Position numbers and translations under genes: made by a program
Shown: piece after piece, positions 13,380 to 24,526 of the stretch
How positions within the stretch are numbered: the first letter of the stretch is position 1
Layout of the letters: every line of letters begins with the position of its first letter
Notes under the pieces: generated by a model
Told to the model about the DNA's origin: nothing
The model's database searches: none
What the model saw: only the letters and a program-made list of their open reading frames with translations
Source: Octopus sinensis
Lineage: Eukaryota
DNA: 64,000 bases
Assembly: GCF_006345805.1 (NCBI RefSeq)
Contig: NC_043008.1
Span: 12,276,001 to 12,340,000 of the forward strand
Reading direction: 5' to 3'

Positions 13380-13838
13380 TGCATGAACATATATATATAT
13401 ATATGTGTGTGTGTATGCATATATCCATACAAGTGTATGTATGTATGTAATTGGGTGTGTATCTGTCTATATATATTTCTGTGTATGTGTGTATATGTAC
13501 ATATATATGTGTGTGTGTACATATATGTATAAATATATATATATGTACATAATTATATGTATATATATGTATGTATATATATGTCTTTATATATATATGT
13601 ATAACTATATATGTATGTATGTATTTCAAAGCACACACGCACACACACACATATATATATGTCTGTATATATATATAACTATATATGTATGTATGTATCT
13701 CAAAACACACACACACATATATATATATGCTGTCTGTATATTTGTTCCAATATATGTAGGTATGAATAAAACGTATTTTAAATGTATGTGAAAGTTTGGA
13801 GTTTCTTCACTTTATCTGCAGCTCTGTGAGTGTGGTGT

Positions 13839-13905
<67 letters not shown>
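13380..13905. repeat. Compound (TA)/(TG) microsatellite field ending in a pure (GT)n
   Basis: directly visible. Confidence 0.95.
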
Positions 13906-13909
<4 letters not shown>

Positions 13910-14099
13910 GGTATGCTGTGTGGAAAAGAAATTAAATTTATATTTTCGTAACCAAAGTGTTTTGAGTTCAATACATGAGTTTATATTTCACCTTCAAATA
14001 GTAAAGTTTTCACATTAAACATCTTTTATTCATCGCATAAATCTGATTTCATATCAAACATCAGATGTTTTTTGCTGGTTGCATAATTAATATCAAACA

Positions 14100-14294
14100 C
14101 AGTCTCTCTCTCTCTCTCTCTCTCTCTCCCACACACACACACACACATACACACACACACAAGCACACGCACACATACAAATGTACGTGCCTTCCTTCCT
14201 ATATAGATTTATAAACAGACATCCTACAATCATAGAACAGAAACACATAAATGCCCCTATTCTAACACAGAGACACACGGAGACGAGCAGAAGT

Positions 14295-14327
<33 letters not shown>

Positions 14328-15122
14328 CGTGCACACAACAACCACATGCACCCCCCTACACACACATATACACACATACACATGCATACACGTTCACACA
14401 ACAACCACACGCGCACACACACACACATATACACACATACACATGCATACACGTTCACACAACAACCACACGCGCACACACACACACATATACACACATA
14501 CACACGCATACATGTTCACAAAACAACCACATGCACACACACACACGCACACACTCACACACACACACAATCTCCTTCTGTCCTGTATAGAGACACAGGC
14601 AGACACCCTACACACAGTCGCAAGCCACATAAACACACCTATCCCAACACAAAGGCACATACGCACACGCACACACACTCACACTGACACACATACATGC
14701 TCCCCCACACACACTACACACACACCACACACAACCTCCCCCTTCTATAGAAATACAGACGTCCTACACACTGCTGTAAAACAGAACCACAGAAACACCC
14801 CTATCCAAACACAGAGGCACACACTCACTCACACACACACACACACTCTCACACACACACACTCACAGATACACACACTCACACACACACACACACTTAC
14901 ACACACACACACACATACACACACTTATGCACGCACACACACACACCCTCCCACACACGTGCACACACACACACTTACACACCCACACACACACAGACAC
15001 ACAGACACATACTCCCCACACACACTCCCCACACACACACACTCACACACACACTCACACACACACACACACTCACACACACTCACACACGCACCCCCCA
15101 CACATACGCAAACCCCCCCCCC
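14100..15122. repeat. Compound CA-rich field including a ~65-bp higher-order repeat (x3, ~14330-14550)
   Basis: repeated cacaacaaccacacgcgcacacacacacacatatacacacatacacatgcatacacgttca. Confidence 0.9.
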
Positions 15123-15255
15123 CACACGGAGTCCTCCATGCACAAGCAACAGACAGAGAAATGTAGGTAATATCAAAGTTGATAAGTCGGCAAGTTCTTT
15201 TAGAATTCCGCTGTTGGTCAGACTTTATTGATTTGGTAAGAACCTGTATGAAGTT

Positions 15256-15600
15256 CTAACAAATGGAATTCTTTTGATGCAGGAAGATAGGTTGGTAGTC
15301 AGACAGACAGTCAGTCACGTTGAAAATGTGTACTAACGCGGATAGCATAGGGAGAGAAGTCTGTGATTGTAGCCTGATAGCCTGAGCATTGTATCTTTTT
15401 TCCCTTTCCTCGTTATCGTCAGCATCATCATCACCATCACCATCATCATCATCAACATCATCGTCTTCATCGTCGTCGTTGACGTCATCACGAAGGATAA
15501 TTTCTTTGAAGGCCGACATCAGAGAAGTTACGAGCATGGCATGGTGCGTCTCGTTGCACTTGTTGTTGTTGAACCCTAGGTCAGGTCTGTTTGAGTAAAC
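15256..15600 (-). CDS. Candidate coding exon with acidic tract (unassigned; strand ambiguous)
   Basis: 114-codon open frame VYSNRPDLGFNNNKCNETHHAMLVTSLMSAFKEIILRDDVNDDDE...REKRYNAQAIRLQSQTSLPMLSA..., GC3 high for this AT-rich window, tag| at 15601, possible donor gc|gttagt near 15339. Confidence 0.35.
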   Translation of the reverse strand, partial: VYSNRPDLGFNNNKCNETHHAMLVTSLMSAFKEIILRDDVNDDDEDDDVDDDDGDGDDDADDNEEREKRYNAQAIRLQSQTSLPMLSALVHIFNVTDCLSDYQPIFLHQKNSIC

Positions 15601-15711
15601 CTATGATCACAGCCTTTCCAACAATGATCGTCTCATCTCGTCTTCTATTCAGATCCAGAGTCCGTAGATCTGTATTACGATATATGTTTTTTCTTCCGAA
15701 ATGTTTGATAA

Positions 15712-16022
15712 TCTATATATATATAAACGGCAAAATGTCTGTCTGTGTGTGTATCCTTTATACAAATCCACAATTTTCTAGTTAGAGGGCTCGCACTTTC
15801 TATGGTCATTCAAAACTGTCCAAGGGTGGTCATGCACATCTTCACATTTTCCCAGTCACCCCGCAAAGCCATTAAAAAATCAATAGAAGTGACAGTTTTG
15901 TGAATTTTTTATCCAAAACCCAATCAAAATACCCGGAACGTGATAAGCCAATTGAATGCCAGCTAGCTGAATGTGATTGGTCGGAGATTTGGACAGTACT
16001 CGTTGCCGGGTCATAGTGCTAG
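15712..16022 (+). mobile_element. Non-autonomous Helitron (second family)
   Basis: 5' TC(tatatatatataaacggc), 3' actcgttgccgggt hairpin-like motif plus CTAG, A|T insertion site. Confidence 0.75.
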
Positions 16023-16261
16023 TATATAACTATTTTTTTAACAAAATAAGAGGTTTGGCTACTTTTTTTAGCATTTTGAGTGACCAAGAATAATCTTGTT
16101 CATTGATTTCAAATTTTAGCACAAGGCCAGCAATTAGACATTGTAAATGACTGACGTACAGCAGGATGTAGCAGTGAGAGTTTTAGTAAAATAAATTCTT
16201 TTCAGTGCTTAGAAGGTTCCATAGAAGTATATGGTAGCTTGTTTTACCTAAGAGACCTAAT

Positions 16262-17095
16262 CAGCTGTGTAGGGGATTGCACTGAAAGTGAAGTAGACAG
16301 AATAAGAACAAGATAGAATAAGTTTAGGGAGCTATTACATATGCTAACCAAAAGGGGTTTTCTCTTCAAGCAAAGGGTTTGTATTGAAAGTACAATACTA
16401 AATGGTTATATGTGAAGACACATGGCTCAGTGGTTAGAGCGTTGAGCTTACAACTGTGAGGTTGTGAGTTTGAATCCTGGACTGGGCTGCATGTTGTGTT
16501 CTTGAGCAAGACACTTTATTTCACGTTGCTCCAGTTAACTCAGCCGTAGAAATGAGTTGCAACGTCACGGGTGCCAAGCTGTATCGACCCCTTTTGCCTT
16601 ACCCTTGGATAACACTGGTGGCATGGAGAGGGGAGGCCGGTATGCATGGGCGATTGCTGGTCTTTCATAAACAGCCTTGCCTGGACTTGTGCCTGGGAGG
16701 GTAACTTTCTAGGGGCAATCCAATGGTCTGTGTCGTGACCGAAGTGGGGATCTCAGAAATGGTTATTAAATGTGGACACAGAATGTAGAGGATATGTAGA
16801 GTTTGGGGAGAATTGAAACAAACATGAGCAATGTGGTACTTATGAGCTGAGAGGAGGAAAAAAATGGAAATAAGAGTGTGTAAGAGAGATGGCTGTATTG
16901 GTACTGGTATGTAATGTATATGGATGAGAGCAGATGAGTAAAGACATGCCAAAAGGATCCAGTTGGATGGAAACTGTGGAAGAGACAGACGAAGGTGTAC
17001 ATAGGCAGAATTGGTGAATCCTAAGAGATAACAAGGGGATGCAACAAATAGCTAGGTGTCGTGTTGAAGAAGATCTGTCCAACCCATGTGAGCAA
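16262..17095 (+). mobile_element. Decayed RTE LINE 3' fragment, copy 1
   Basis: translates with stops and shifts to ESEVDRIRTR*NKFRELLHMLTKRG...ERWLYWYWYVMYMDESR*VKTCQ...VLKKICPTHVS, RTE C-terminal pattern. Confidence 0.75.
16410..16756 (+). mobile_element. SINE family C2 inserted in RTE with a 10-bp TSD
   Basis: aaatggttat at 16400-16409 and 16757-16766 flanks a complete head-to-tail copy. Confidence 0.9.
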
Positions 17096-17910
17096 CAAGG
17101 GGTTTCTTTCTTCAAGCAAAGGGTTTGCATTGAAAATACAATACTGCATGGCTTTTAGATGTGGACATAGAATGTGGAGGATATGTGGAGTTTGGGGAGA
17201 ATTGAAACAAGCATGCTATGCTGAATATGTAATATCATTGTGCATGGGCAATATGGTACTTATGAGCTGAGAGGAGGGAAAAATGGATATATGAGGAATC
17301 AGATGTAGTGTGTAAGAGAGATGGCTGTATTGGTCCAGATATAGAATGTTAGTTCATTTGTTGTTGGTGGTGATGGGCAAGAAAATCACATGGAGAAGAA
17401 GACAGGTCACAGTGTGTCATGCTGTGGCCAGTCATTCCGGTGTTTGTTTGGAAGGCTTTGCTGCAGGAGGGGCACTGGTGGTCTGCTGGGATCAAAGGCA
17501 AAGAAATGGTTCTGTACTTGCACAGTTCACATATTTTTTTTTTTTAGTGTCCCTGCAATCCTGTGCTGTTTGTAGGAGATGACACCTCTGTGGGTGCCAC
17601 CTCACCAATCAGCGGGGGTTTCCTCCTCCTCCTCCTCCTCCTTCCCCTCCTCCTTCTTCCCCCCTCCTCTTCCTTCTCATTATCATCATTGTTTAACATC
17701 CGTTTTCCGTGCTAGCACGGGTTGGACGGTTCGACCGGGGTCTGGGAAGCCAGGAGGCTGCACCAGGCTCCAGTCTGATCTGGCAGTGTTTCTACAGCTG
17801 GATGCCCTTCCTAACGTTTTGTGCTATATAATTGCACATGGATGATAGCAGATGAGTAAAGGAATGTCAAGAGATCTAAGTGGAAGGAAACAGGAAACCA
17901 TGGAAGAGAA
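17096..17910 (+). mobile_element. Decayed RTE LINE 3' fragment, copy 2 (tandem to copy 1, interrupted ~17345-17820)
   Basis: ENTILHGF*MWT*NVEDMWSLGRIETSML...GIRCSV*ERWLYW, resumes HMDDSR*VKECQEI*VEG after the insert. Confidence 0.7.
17685..17817 (-). mobile_element. SINE family D 3' part
   Basis: catcattgtttaacatccgttttccgtgctagcacgggttggacgg...ggatgcccttcctaacg. Confidence 0.85.
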
Positions 17911-18831
17911 AGACCACACACACACATACACACTCACACACACATCACTGTATACCTTTTATTTCTTTGTTTGAATATTGAAATCAGAACCGACAGAAAA
18001 GAGAAAAATCAAAAACAACTGACGCTAGATTCTCTAGTTTTATGCTTTGAATCCAAAATGAAAGTCAATCCTAAATTTTAGCGTTGCTTCACATCTTTCC
18101 TGTGCATGGAATAAATAGCAGATTGACTACAAAACAGAGGGGGGATGGGTATGATTGGAAGCTAGAATAGTCGAGTGATGGAATGTTTGATGTTAGCTTC
18201 ACAGCCTCAACCATAAATTGAACGAAAGGAAACAATCCTGCAGTAGATTAGCTGAATCATGTTTGAAGTTAAATGTACGTCTGGTTCACTTGATGCCATA
18301 AATTGGTAATGGTCTTTTTCTCTCAGATATCTTGGCTTGATTACAATTAATATTAATGATTTCTTTGAAAACGGTCGGTTATATTCTCTTGGATGAATGT
18401 CAGTATGTCACAAACCCTTCATTTCGGCGAGCGGACATGATCTCCGAATCGAGAAGAGGAATAAGGCTAAAGTATTTAGTGCAGTATTTAATTTTCTCCC
18501 TCTCATTTACAAGATCAAATCTATCGGGAAGAAAGGAATAGAAAGCACTGCCGTGTGTATAATATTCCATCGTTTATGTGTAATATGGAGATGCTGCTAT
18601 GATTAATTATTGAATGAGGGGAATGTTTGCAAGATGAGGGACCTATCACATCTAGACCCAGCAAAGAGAACAGATATTGAGATTGACAGAACCGTATTGT
18701 TAGAAGAGGGTTTAGGAATTTGATGATGGGAAAATCAGTTGAATCTTCAGGGCTCGTTAAAAATAGTTGGCAAATTAGGAAAGGCATTCATCACCTGCAT
18801 AGTCATTCAGGTAATATAACAGGATATTAAG

Positions 18832-19135
18832 GTGGCGATCTGGTAGAATCATTAGCACGCCGGGCGAAATGCATAGCCATATTTCATCTGCCGTTACGTT
18901 CTGAGTTCAAATTCCGCCGAGGTCGACTTTGACTTTCATCCTTTCAGGGTCGATAAATTAAGTACCAGTTACGCACTGGGGTTGATGTAATCGATTTAAT
19001 CCGTTTGTCTGTCCTTGTTTATCCCCTCTGTGTTTAGCCCCTTGTGGGTAGTAAAGAAATAGGTATTTCATCTGCCGTTACATTCTGAGTTCAAATTCCA
19101 CCAAGGTCGACTTTACTTTTCTTCCTTTCGGGGGT
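18832..19135 (+). mobile_element. SINE family B dimer
   Basis: full monomer, then junction gtagtaaagaaata|ggtatttcatctgccgttac into a second, 5'-truncated monomer. Confidence 0.85.
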
Positions 19136-20328
19136 GATTATATATACCTATATATCGCCTGTACCTATATATCTACAGGGAATGTTTGTTAAGAGTGAAC
19201 CGTTGCATTCATGTAATTGCTTGCTATGGAATTAAGAAATAGCGGTAACAATTTTATCTAGCGACAAAGATGTGGTCTTTATAAAAGATTGATGTCATCT
19301 TTTGACAAGTTTGAAGAATTTGTTACGTATAATTGATTTTATCTCAATATATTACAGGTGTTTGTTTTGTTGGCAGCAAAGCAATTAAACACTAGAGTTG
19401 CACAGTTGCAGAATATTCTTAAAGCTCTTCTGCTGAACTAATAATAACCAGAAGCTAGACAATGTGTAATGAAGTTACAAGTTTAATTGTATTTAAAAAT
19501 GATTGTTATTCACGATATAACTCAGGTGCATAGCTTTTGGCTAAGAAATTTTCTATAAAGAAATCATTTTATTTTTTGTTTTATGTAATGTTGCTGGAGA
19601 CAAATAATATCAATATCATCTCTAATATTACCAAAAACAATTTGATAAATATAATTTCCGATGGCATATATACACTACAGTTCAATAGATATGATTAGCC
19701 TCAAACAATTCTTCTGGTGAGATTTTGAATGCTGAATCTAACGGTAAATGCAACGAGAACACCAGGTATTGTGCAGCTATTCCATTGTTCAGCTATTCCA
19801 TTGTGCAATTATAGGAAGAATACATCAGTGATTGAGCTGACTCAGCTATAGTGCAATTATATTTTTCCTTGGCAAGATATCTTGTATTGGAACAAATAAT
19901 GTCTCTATGACAGACGTAACGCAACCACGTTTCCTAAACAACGGACATTTCAATACTGGTTGATAGCCTGGTGAATGATTGCTCGGTCACTTTTATTTTC
20001 GCACAAGTTACTAGTAATTTTCTAATACCGTTTGCTTGATGGACAAGTACATCATATTGATCAACCGTCAGAATACGACATGGTTTTTATTGATCTTTCG
20101 CAAAAGTTATGTAGCGTTTGCTGCTAATCTCTGTGGATTACGGTGAAAATGAGATGTTTAATTAAAGAAGAGAGAATAAATGGAAACAAGAGTAAATATG
20201 GCTGGGTGATTAACAAGCTTGCCTTGCTACCCTAGGGTTCTGAGTTCAATTCCAGACCAGCCAATACTTTATTAGTGAATATGGTAGATGGAAACTATGA
20301 GTGGCTGTGTGGTAAGAAACTTGCTTAA

Positions 20329-20856
20329 CCCTTTCATTACTGTATTTATTTTGAGATGCTTTGTGTTTCTTTCAATTATTTTAAATATAACCAAGAAGTT
20401 CTTAAGCAGATAAGGCCGAAAATGTCGCTAGAAGCTGGGATCACCAAGCGTAGATTGGCATATTTCGGTCATATTATGCGGAGAGAATCCCTGGAGAAGG
20501 ATATCATGCTCAGAATGGTCAGTGGCAAGAGAGGAAGAGGCCGACCAAGAACCCGCTGGCTTGACACCATCAGGAGTGATACCGGAATGGACATGGCCAG
20601 TCTGAAGGAAGCGGCCCAGGATAGAACTGACTGGAGGACACTGATCCAACGATTGACTGAGAGTTGACTTCGACTGAGCAGATAGAGAGAGAGATAACAA
20701 AGAATTTAGTAAAATAACTTTGTTATCATTAAGCTAGTGTTAGGAACTTAAATTGTGACTGAGGTTTGGTCGAAGATTTTAATTCAGAACTTTAGAAAAT
20801 AAGACATTTGTACTACAGAGCCAGAGTCAGTTTCAGCCGGGTTGGTAACGAAAGGG
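20329..20856. mobile_element. piggyBac-type MITE (M1), TTAA TSD
   Basis: TTAA-ccctttcattac ... gtaacgaaaggg-TTAA; same family as the array at 53396-54338. Confidence 0.85.
20398..20693 (+). mobile_element. 5'-truncated RTE (BovB-like) LINE end
   Basis: EVLKQIRPKMSLEAGITKRRLAYFGHIMRRESLEKDIMLRMVSGKRGRGRPRTRWLDTIRSDTG...AAQDRTDWRTLI; TSD ataac(c/a)aagaa at 20387-20397 and 20694-20704. Confidence 0.92.
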
Positions 20857-21439
20857 TTAACAAACACATGGTTTCAGGTTCGGTCCCACTGTGTGACACC
20901 TTCGGCAAGGGTCTTCTACTATAGCCTCAGGCCGACCAAAGTCTTGTGAGTGGATTTGGTAGATGGAAACTGAAAGCCCATTGCATATGTGTATGTGTGT
21001 GTGTGTGTGTGTGTTTATGTGCCTTTGTCTCCCCACCATCACTTGACAACCGATGTTGGTGTGTTTATGTCCCCGTAACTTAGTGGTTCAGCAAAAGAGA
21101 CCGATAGAATAAGTGCTAGGCTTACAAAGAATAAGTGCTGGGGTCGATTTGTTTGACTAAATGCAGTGCTCCAGCATGGCCACAGTCAAATGACTGAAAC
21201 AAAAATAAAAGAATAAAAGAATACACACATATATGTATGAAGACAAGGAAGGGGTACTGAACCCTAAAGCACATGATTGGAAGTGAACTTGTTAACCACA
21301 CACACACACACACACGTGCACATACACATATATGTTACTTAAGGTGAACATTAATTTAAGGTAAAAAAAACGTAGTTTGCAGTATGCTGTATCTCCACCC
21401 TCTATCAGAAATTCTGAAAATTAAAGATGTCTATTTACT

Positions 21440-21830
21440 TCCTGCATATATATATATATATATATCTCAAATCGAAATCGATCAACATCAATGGAAATTG
21501 CAGCTGTGATACCAGTACCGGTGGTATGTAAGACAACCATCCAAACGTGGCCGTTGCCAGTGCCACCCTAACTGGCCTCGTGCTGGTGGCACGTAAAAAG
21601 CACCATCCGATGTGGCCGTTGCCAGCCTCGGCTGGCCCCTGTGCCGGTGACACGTAAAAAGCATCCACTACACTCACGGAGTGGTTGGCGTTAGGAAGGG
21701 CATCTAGCCATAGAAACATTGCCAGATCAGACTGGGCCTGGTGCAGCCTTCTGGCTTTCCAGATCCCAGTTGAACCGTCCAACCTATGCTAGCATGGAAA
21801 GCAGACGCTAAACAATAATGATGATGATGA
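21440..21830 (+). mobile_element. SINE family D with three internal repeat units
   Basis: gtggttggcgttaggaagggcatc...aacctatgctagcatggaaagcagacgctaaac (gat)n. Confidence 0.85.
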
Positions 21831-21862
21831 TGATATATATATATATACATATATGCATATAT

Positions 21863-22008
21863 GGGTACAGGACATCACCAACAGTAAACAACAGGAAATC
21901 TGAAAAGAAATGAGTTAAATACACAAATGACAAGAGAAAAAAAAGGACAAGTTTTACAAAGAAGGACCCTTCATCAGTTGTTGGCTGTCTATCTACTCCC
22001 CATTTCGA
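21863..22008 (-). mobile_element. Possible Penelope-like terminal fragment (family J), cut off by a SINE A head
   Basis: minus strand begins gctcgaaatgg (3' half of an HHR like families H/I), contains ctgatgaaggg, and ends in a (TA)n tract. Confidence 0.35.
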
Positions 22009-22844
22009 GCAAGGCATGGTTGTGTGGTAAAAAGCTTACTTCCCAACCACATGGTTCTCGGTTCACTCCTACTGCATAGCACCTCGGGCAAGTGTCTTCT
22101 ATTAGAGCCACAGGCTGACAAGAATCCTTGTCAGTGGATCTGGTAGACAGAAGCTGAAAGAAAATCACATTATGCATACACACACACATATATGTATACA
22201 CACACACACACATACACACATGTACATATGCTGTGAGATAATTCTTAGAGGCTTCTGCTCAAAGAAAATTGTTTAACTTGAAGAAAATTGTAGAATTCAG
22301 TTTGTCTGTTTTACGTAACTGGCAGTTTGTGCTTATAGCCAGAGGACACGTTTGCGGATATGCTGTCAAAATGGCTAAGTAAATAGAAGAGACGCAGAGA
22401 GACAGAGAGAGAGAATGAGAAAGATGTAGAGGAAAAAGATGGAAGACGGAGATTTTACAGAGAGGTAGTGACTTTAAGATAGTGAGATAGCTGAAAGGAA
22501 GCCATTTTCCCTTTGATTCCAGGCTTTAATCAGTGGTTATTTGGAAGGTGTGTTTACATGTCTAATGTCTATCTTCCTTCGTTTTGGATAATTCTGATGC
22601 ATCGGAATTTTCATGGTATTAAGTCTGTGTTTGGAAATTTTGTATTTCTATGTCGTTGTGCATTTAATAAATATGTGTCTGTGTGTGTGTGCGAGTTTTT
22701 GTGTATTTGATGACTGAACGAAAACAATGATAACAAAATAAAAAGCATCTGTTTTTTTAATTTTCTTAATCTTTTACTTGTTTCTGTCATCTGACTGTGG
22801 CCATGCTGGGGCACTGCCTAGAAGAATTTCTTTTAGTTGACTCT

Positions 22845-23099
22845 TTTACTCTTTTACTCTTTTACTCTTGGTTCCGTCATGTGACTGTGGCCACACTGGA
22901 GCACTGCCTTTAGTCGAGCAAATCGCCCCCAGGACTTATTTTTTGTAAGCCTAGTACTTATTCTAACAGTCTCTTTTGCCGAACCGCTAAGTTACGGGGA
23001 CGTAAACACACCAGCATTGGTTGTCAAGCGATGTTGGGGAAACAAACATAGACACACAAACATATACTCACATACATATACTCACAAACATATACTCAC

Positions 23100-23132
<33 letters not shown>

Positions 23133-23358
23133 CACATACAAACATATATATATATATATACATGTATATATATATATTTATAGATATATATATATATACG
23201 ACGAGCTTCTTTCAGCTTCCGTCTACCAAATCCACTCACAAGTCTTTGGTTGGCTCAAGGCTATAGTAGATAACACTTGCCCAAGGTGCGCTGCAGTGGG
23301 ACTGAACCCAGAACCATGTGGTCGGAGAGCAAACTTCTTACCACACAGCCACGCCTGC
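22845..23358 (-). mobile_element. SINE family A, full length with internal (TA) tract
   Basis: reverse complement of complete A consensus. Confidence 0.9.
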
Positions 23359-23798
23359 TCCTTGGAGATTTTTACAAAACGTGCATCATGGAAGCATGCA
23401 TGACTCACTACATTACACACCAGTGCTACCATTATGAGGAGATTACGTATAACTTAAGAGCTTAATGCACATTTTCCGTGTAATAAACAGTTGCAAAGTG
23501 AACCACTACCATCTCTGCAGAAGATAAGACTCTTGTTTGACACCTAATTTGGTTCAGGAAAAAGATTTGAAATCATCAGCTAAAGGTTATATAGAACTCA
23601 TAAATTTTACAATTCTCCTGCTGGTTGAAATTTGGCTTGAAATAGGCTAAAATTTGGTATTTGAGAGAATTAATGTTGCTCTACTTTTGGCAATAACTAA
23701 ATCTATCACAGAGTATACAAATGAGTTTGGTAAGTTCAGCTGCACTGTCAAATGAAGAAACTCATGTTTCTCTGTGTGTGTATATATATTATATATAT

Positions 23799-23834
<36 letters not shown>

Positions 23835-23837
23835 ACA

Positions 23838-23995
23838 CTCATGGAGTGGTTGGTGTTAGGAAGGGCATCCAGCTGTAGAAACACTGCCAGATCAGACTGG
23901 AGCCTGGTGCAGCCTCCTGGCTTTCCAGAGCCCGGTCAAACAGTTCAACCCATGCTAGCACGGCAAACAGGCGTTAAACGATGATGATGATGATG
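23838..23995 (+). mobile_element. SINE family D
   Basis: ctcatggagtggttggtgttaggaagggcatccagctg...gttaaac(gat)n. Confidence 0.85.
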
Positions 23996-24024
23996 ATATA
24001 TATATATATATACACATATACACA

Positions 24025-24490
24025 TGATGATGGCCGTCCACTCGTGACCGAGGAAAACCATTGCTGACCTTCAGAAACATTGTGCGCTCTAGGACTAACT
24101 TATATTTTGCATTTGCAGCACCGTTGTAGGCTAAAGAGCCCTGCTCTTGACAAGCATAAACGACTGCAAACATTGCAGACCAAGCTTTCCCCATTCACTA
24201 CGCCAGCACTGTGCTTTCGAGCAGCACACTTAAGTTCTTCATGCTGAATACGTGCCCTCTCATAACTGTTGATCCTCTCCTTAACCTGCTTCCTCCATCT
24301 GTGGTAATGACAAGCATTGCACTACATGTCAGTCTCCTGCATATCACAGGTCTTTAATTAGGACTTGACACAGTCTTTAAATTGCAGCCTTGGTTTCTGC
24401 CAAGGTCTCTTTCCATTCACAAGTTCCCCATGTAGCATCTGCATAGGGATCCTGCTATCCTCCATTCTAATAAGGTGCCCAGTCCAATGT

Positions 24491-24492
<2 letters not shown>
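24025..24492 (-). mobile_element. RTE LINE 3' end with terminal zinc-finger-like motif
   Basis: LHWTGHLIRMEDSRIPMQMLHGELVNGKRPWQKPRLQFKDCVKS*...RWRKQVKE...LVCNVCSRLCLSRAGLFSLQR. Confidence 0.88.

Positions 24493-24494
<2 letters not shown>

Positions 24495-24526
<32 letters not shown>

Larger units (their letters stand above)
20300..21215 (+). mobile_element. SINE family A interrupted by MITE M1
   Basis: gtggctgtgtggtaagaaacttgc|ttaa ... ttaa|caaacacatggtttcaggttcggtcccac; body continues to the aaaagaataaaag tail. Confidence 0.85.

Noticed and set aside
13294-15231. Long ORFs of 130-312 aa rich in H/T/Y/I/C/V (also 27092-27680, 39334-40212, 44611-45082, 48409-49098, 63255-63723)
   Set aside because: Translations of CA, TA, GT and trinucleotide microsatellites that lack stop codons by construction; not genes.
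10216-15600. Phase-compatible exon chain 15600-15339, 12939-12905, 10359-10216
   Set aside because: Phases fit, but the middle exon has a weak donor and many alternative chains exist, so compatibility alone is not evidence.
19690-20140. Long minus-strand frame with scattered stops after a good acceptor (similar cases at 18400-18810, 36780-37030, 12300-12530, 8190-8550)
   Set aside because: Several in-frame stops, no recognisable domain; such partial runs are expected by chance across six frames or from ancient TE decay.
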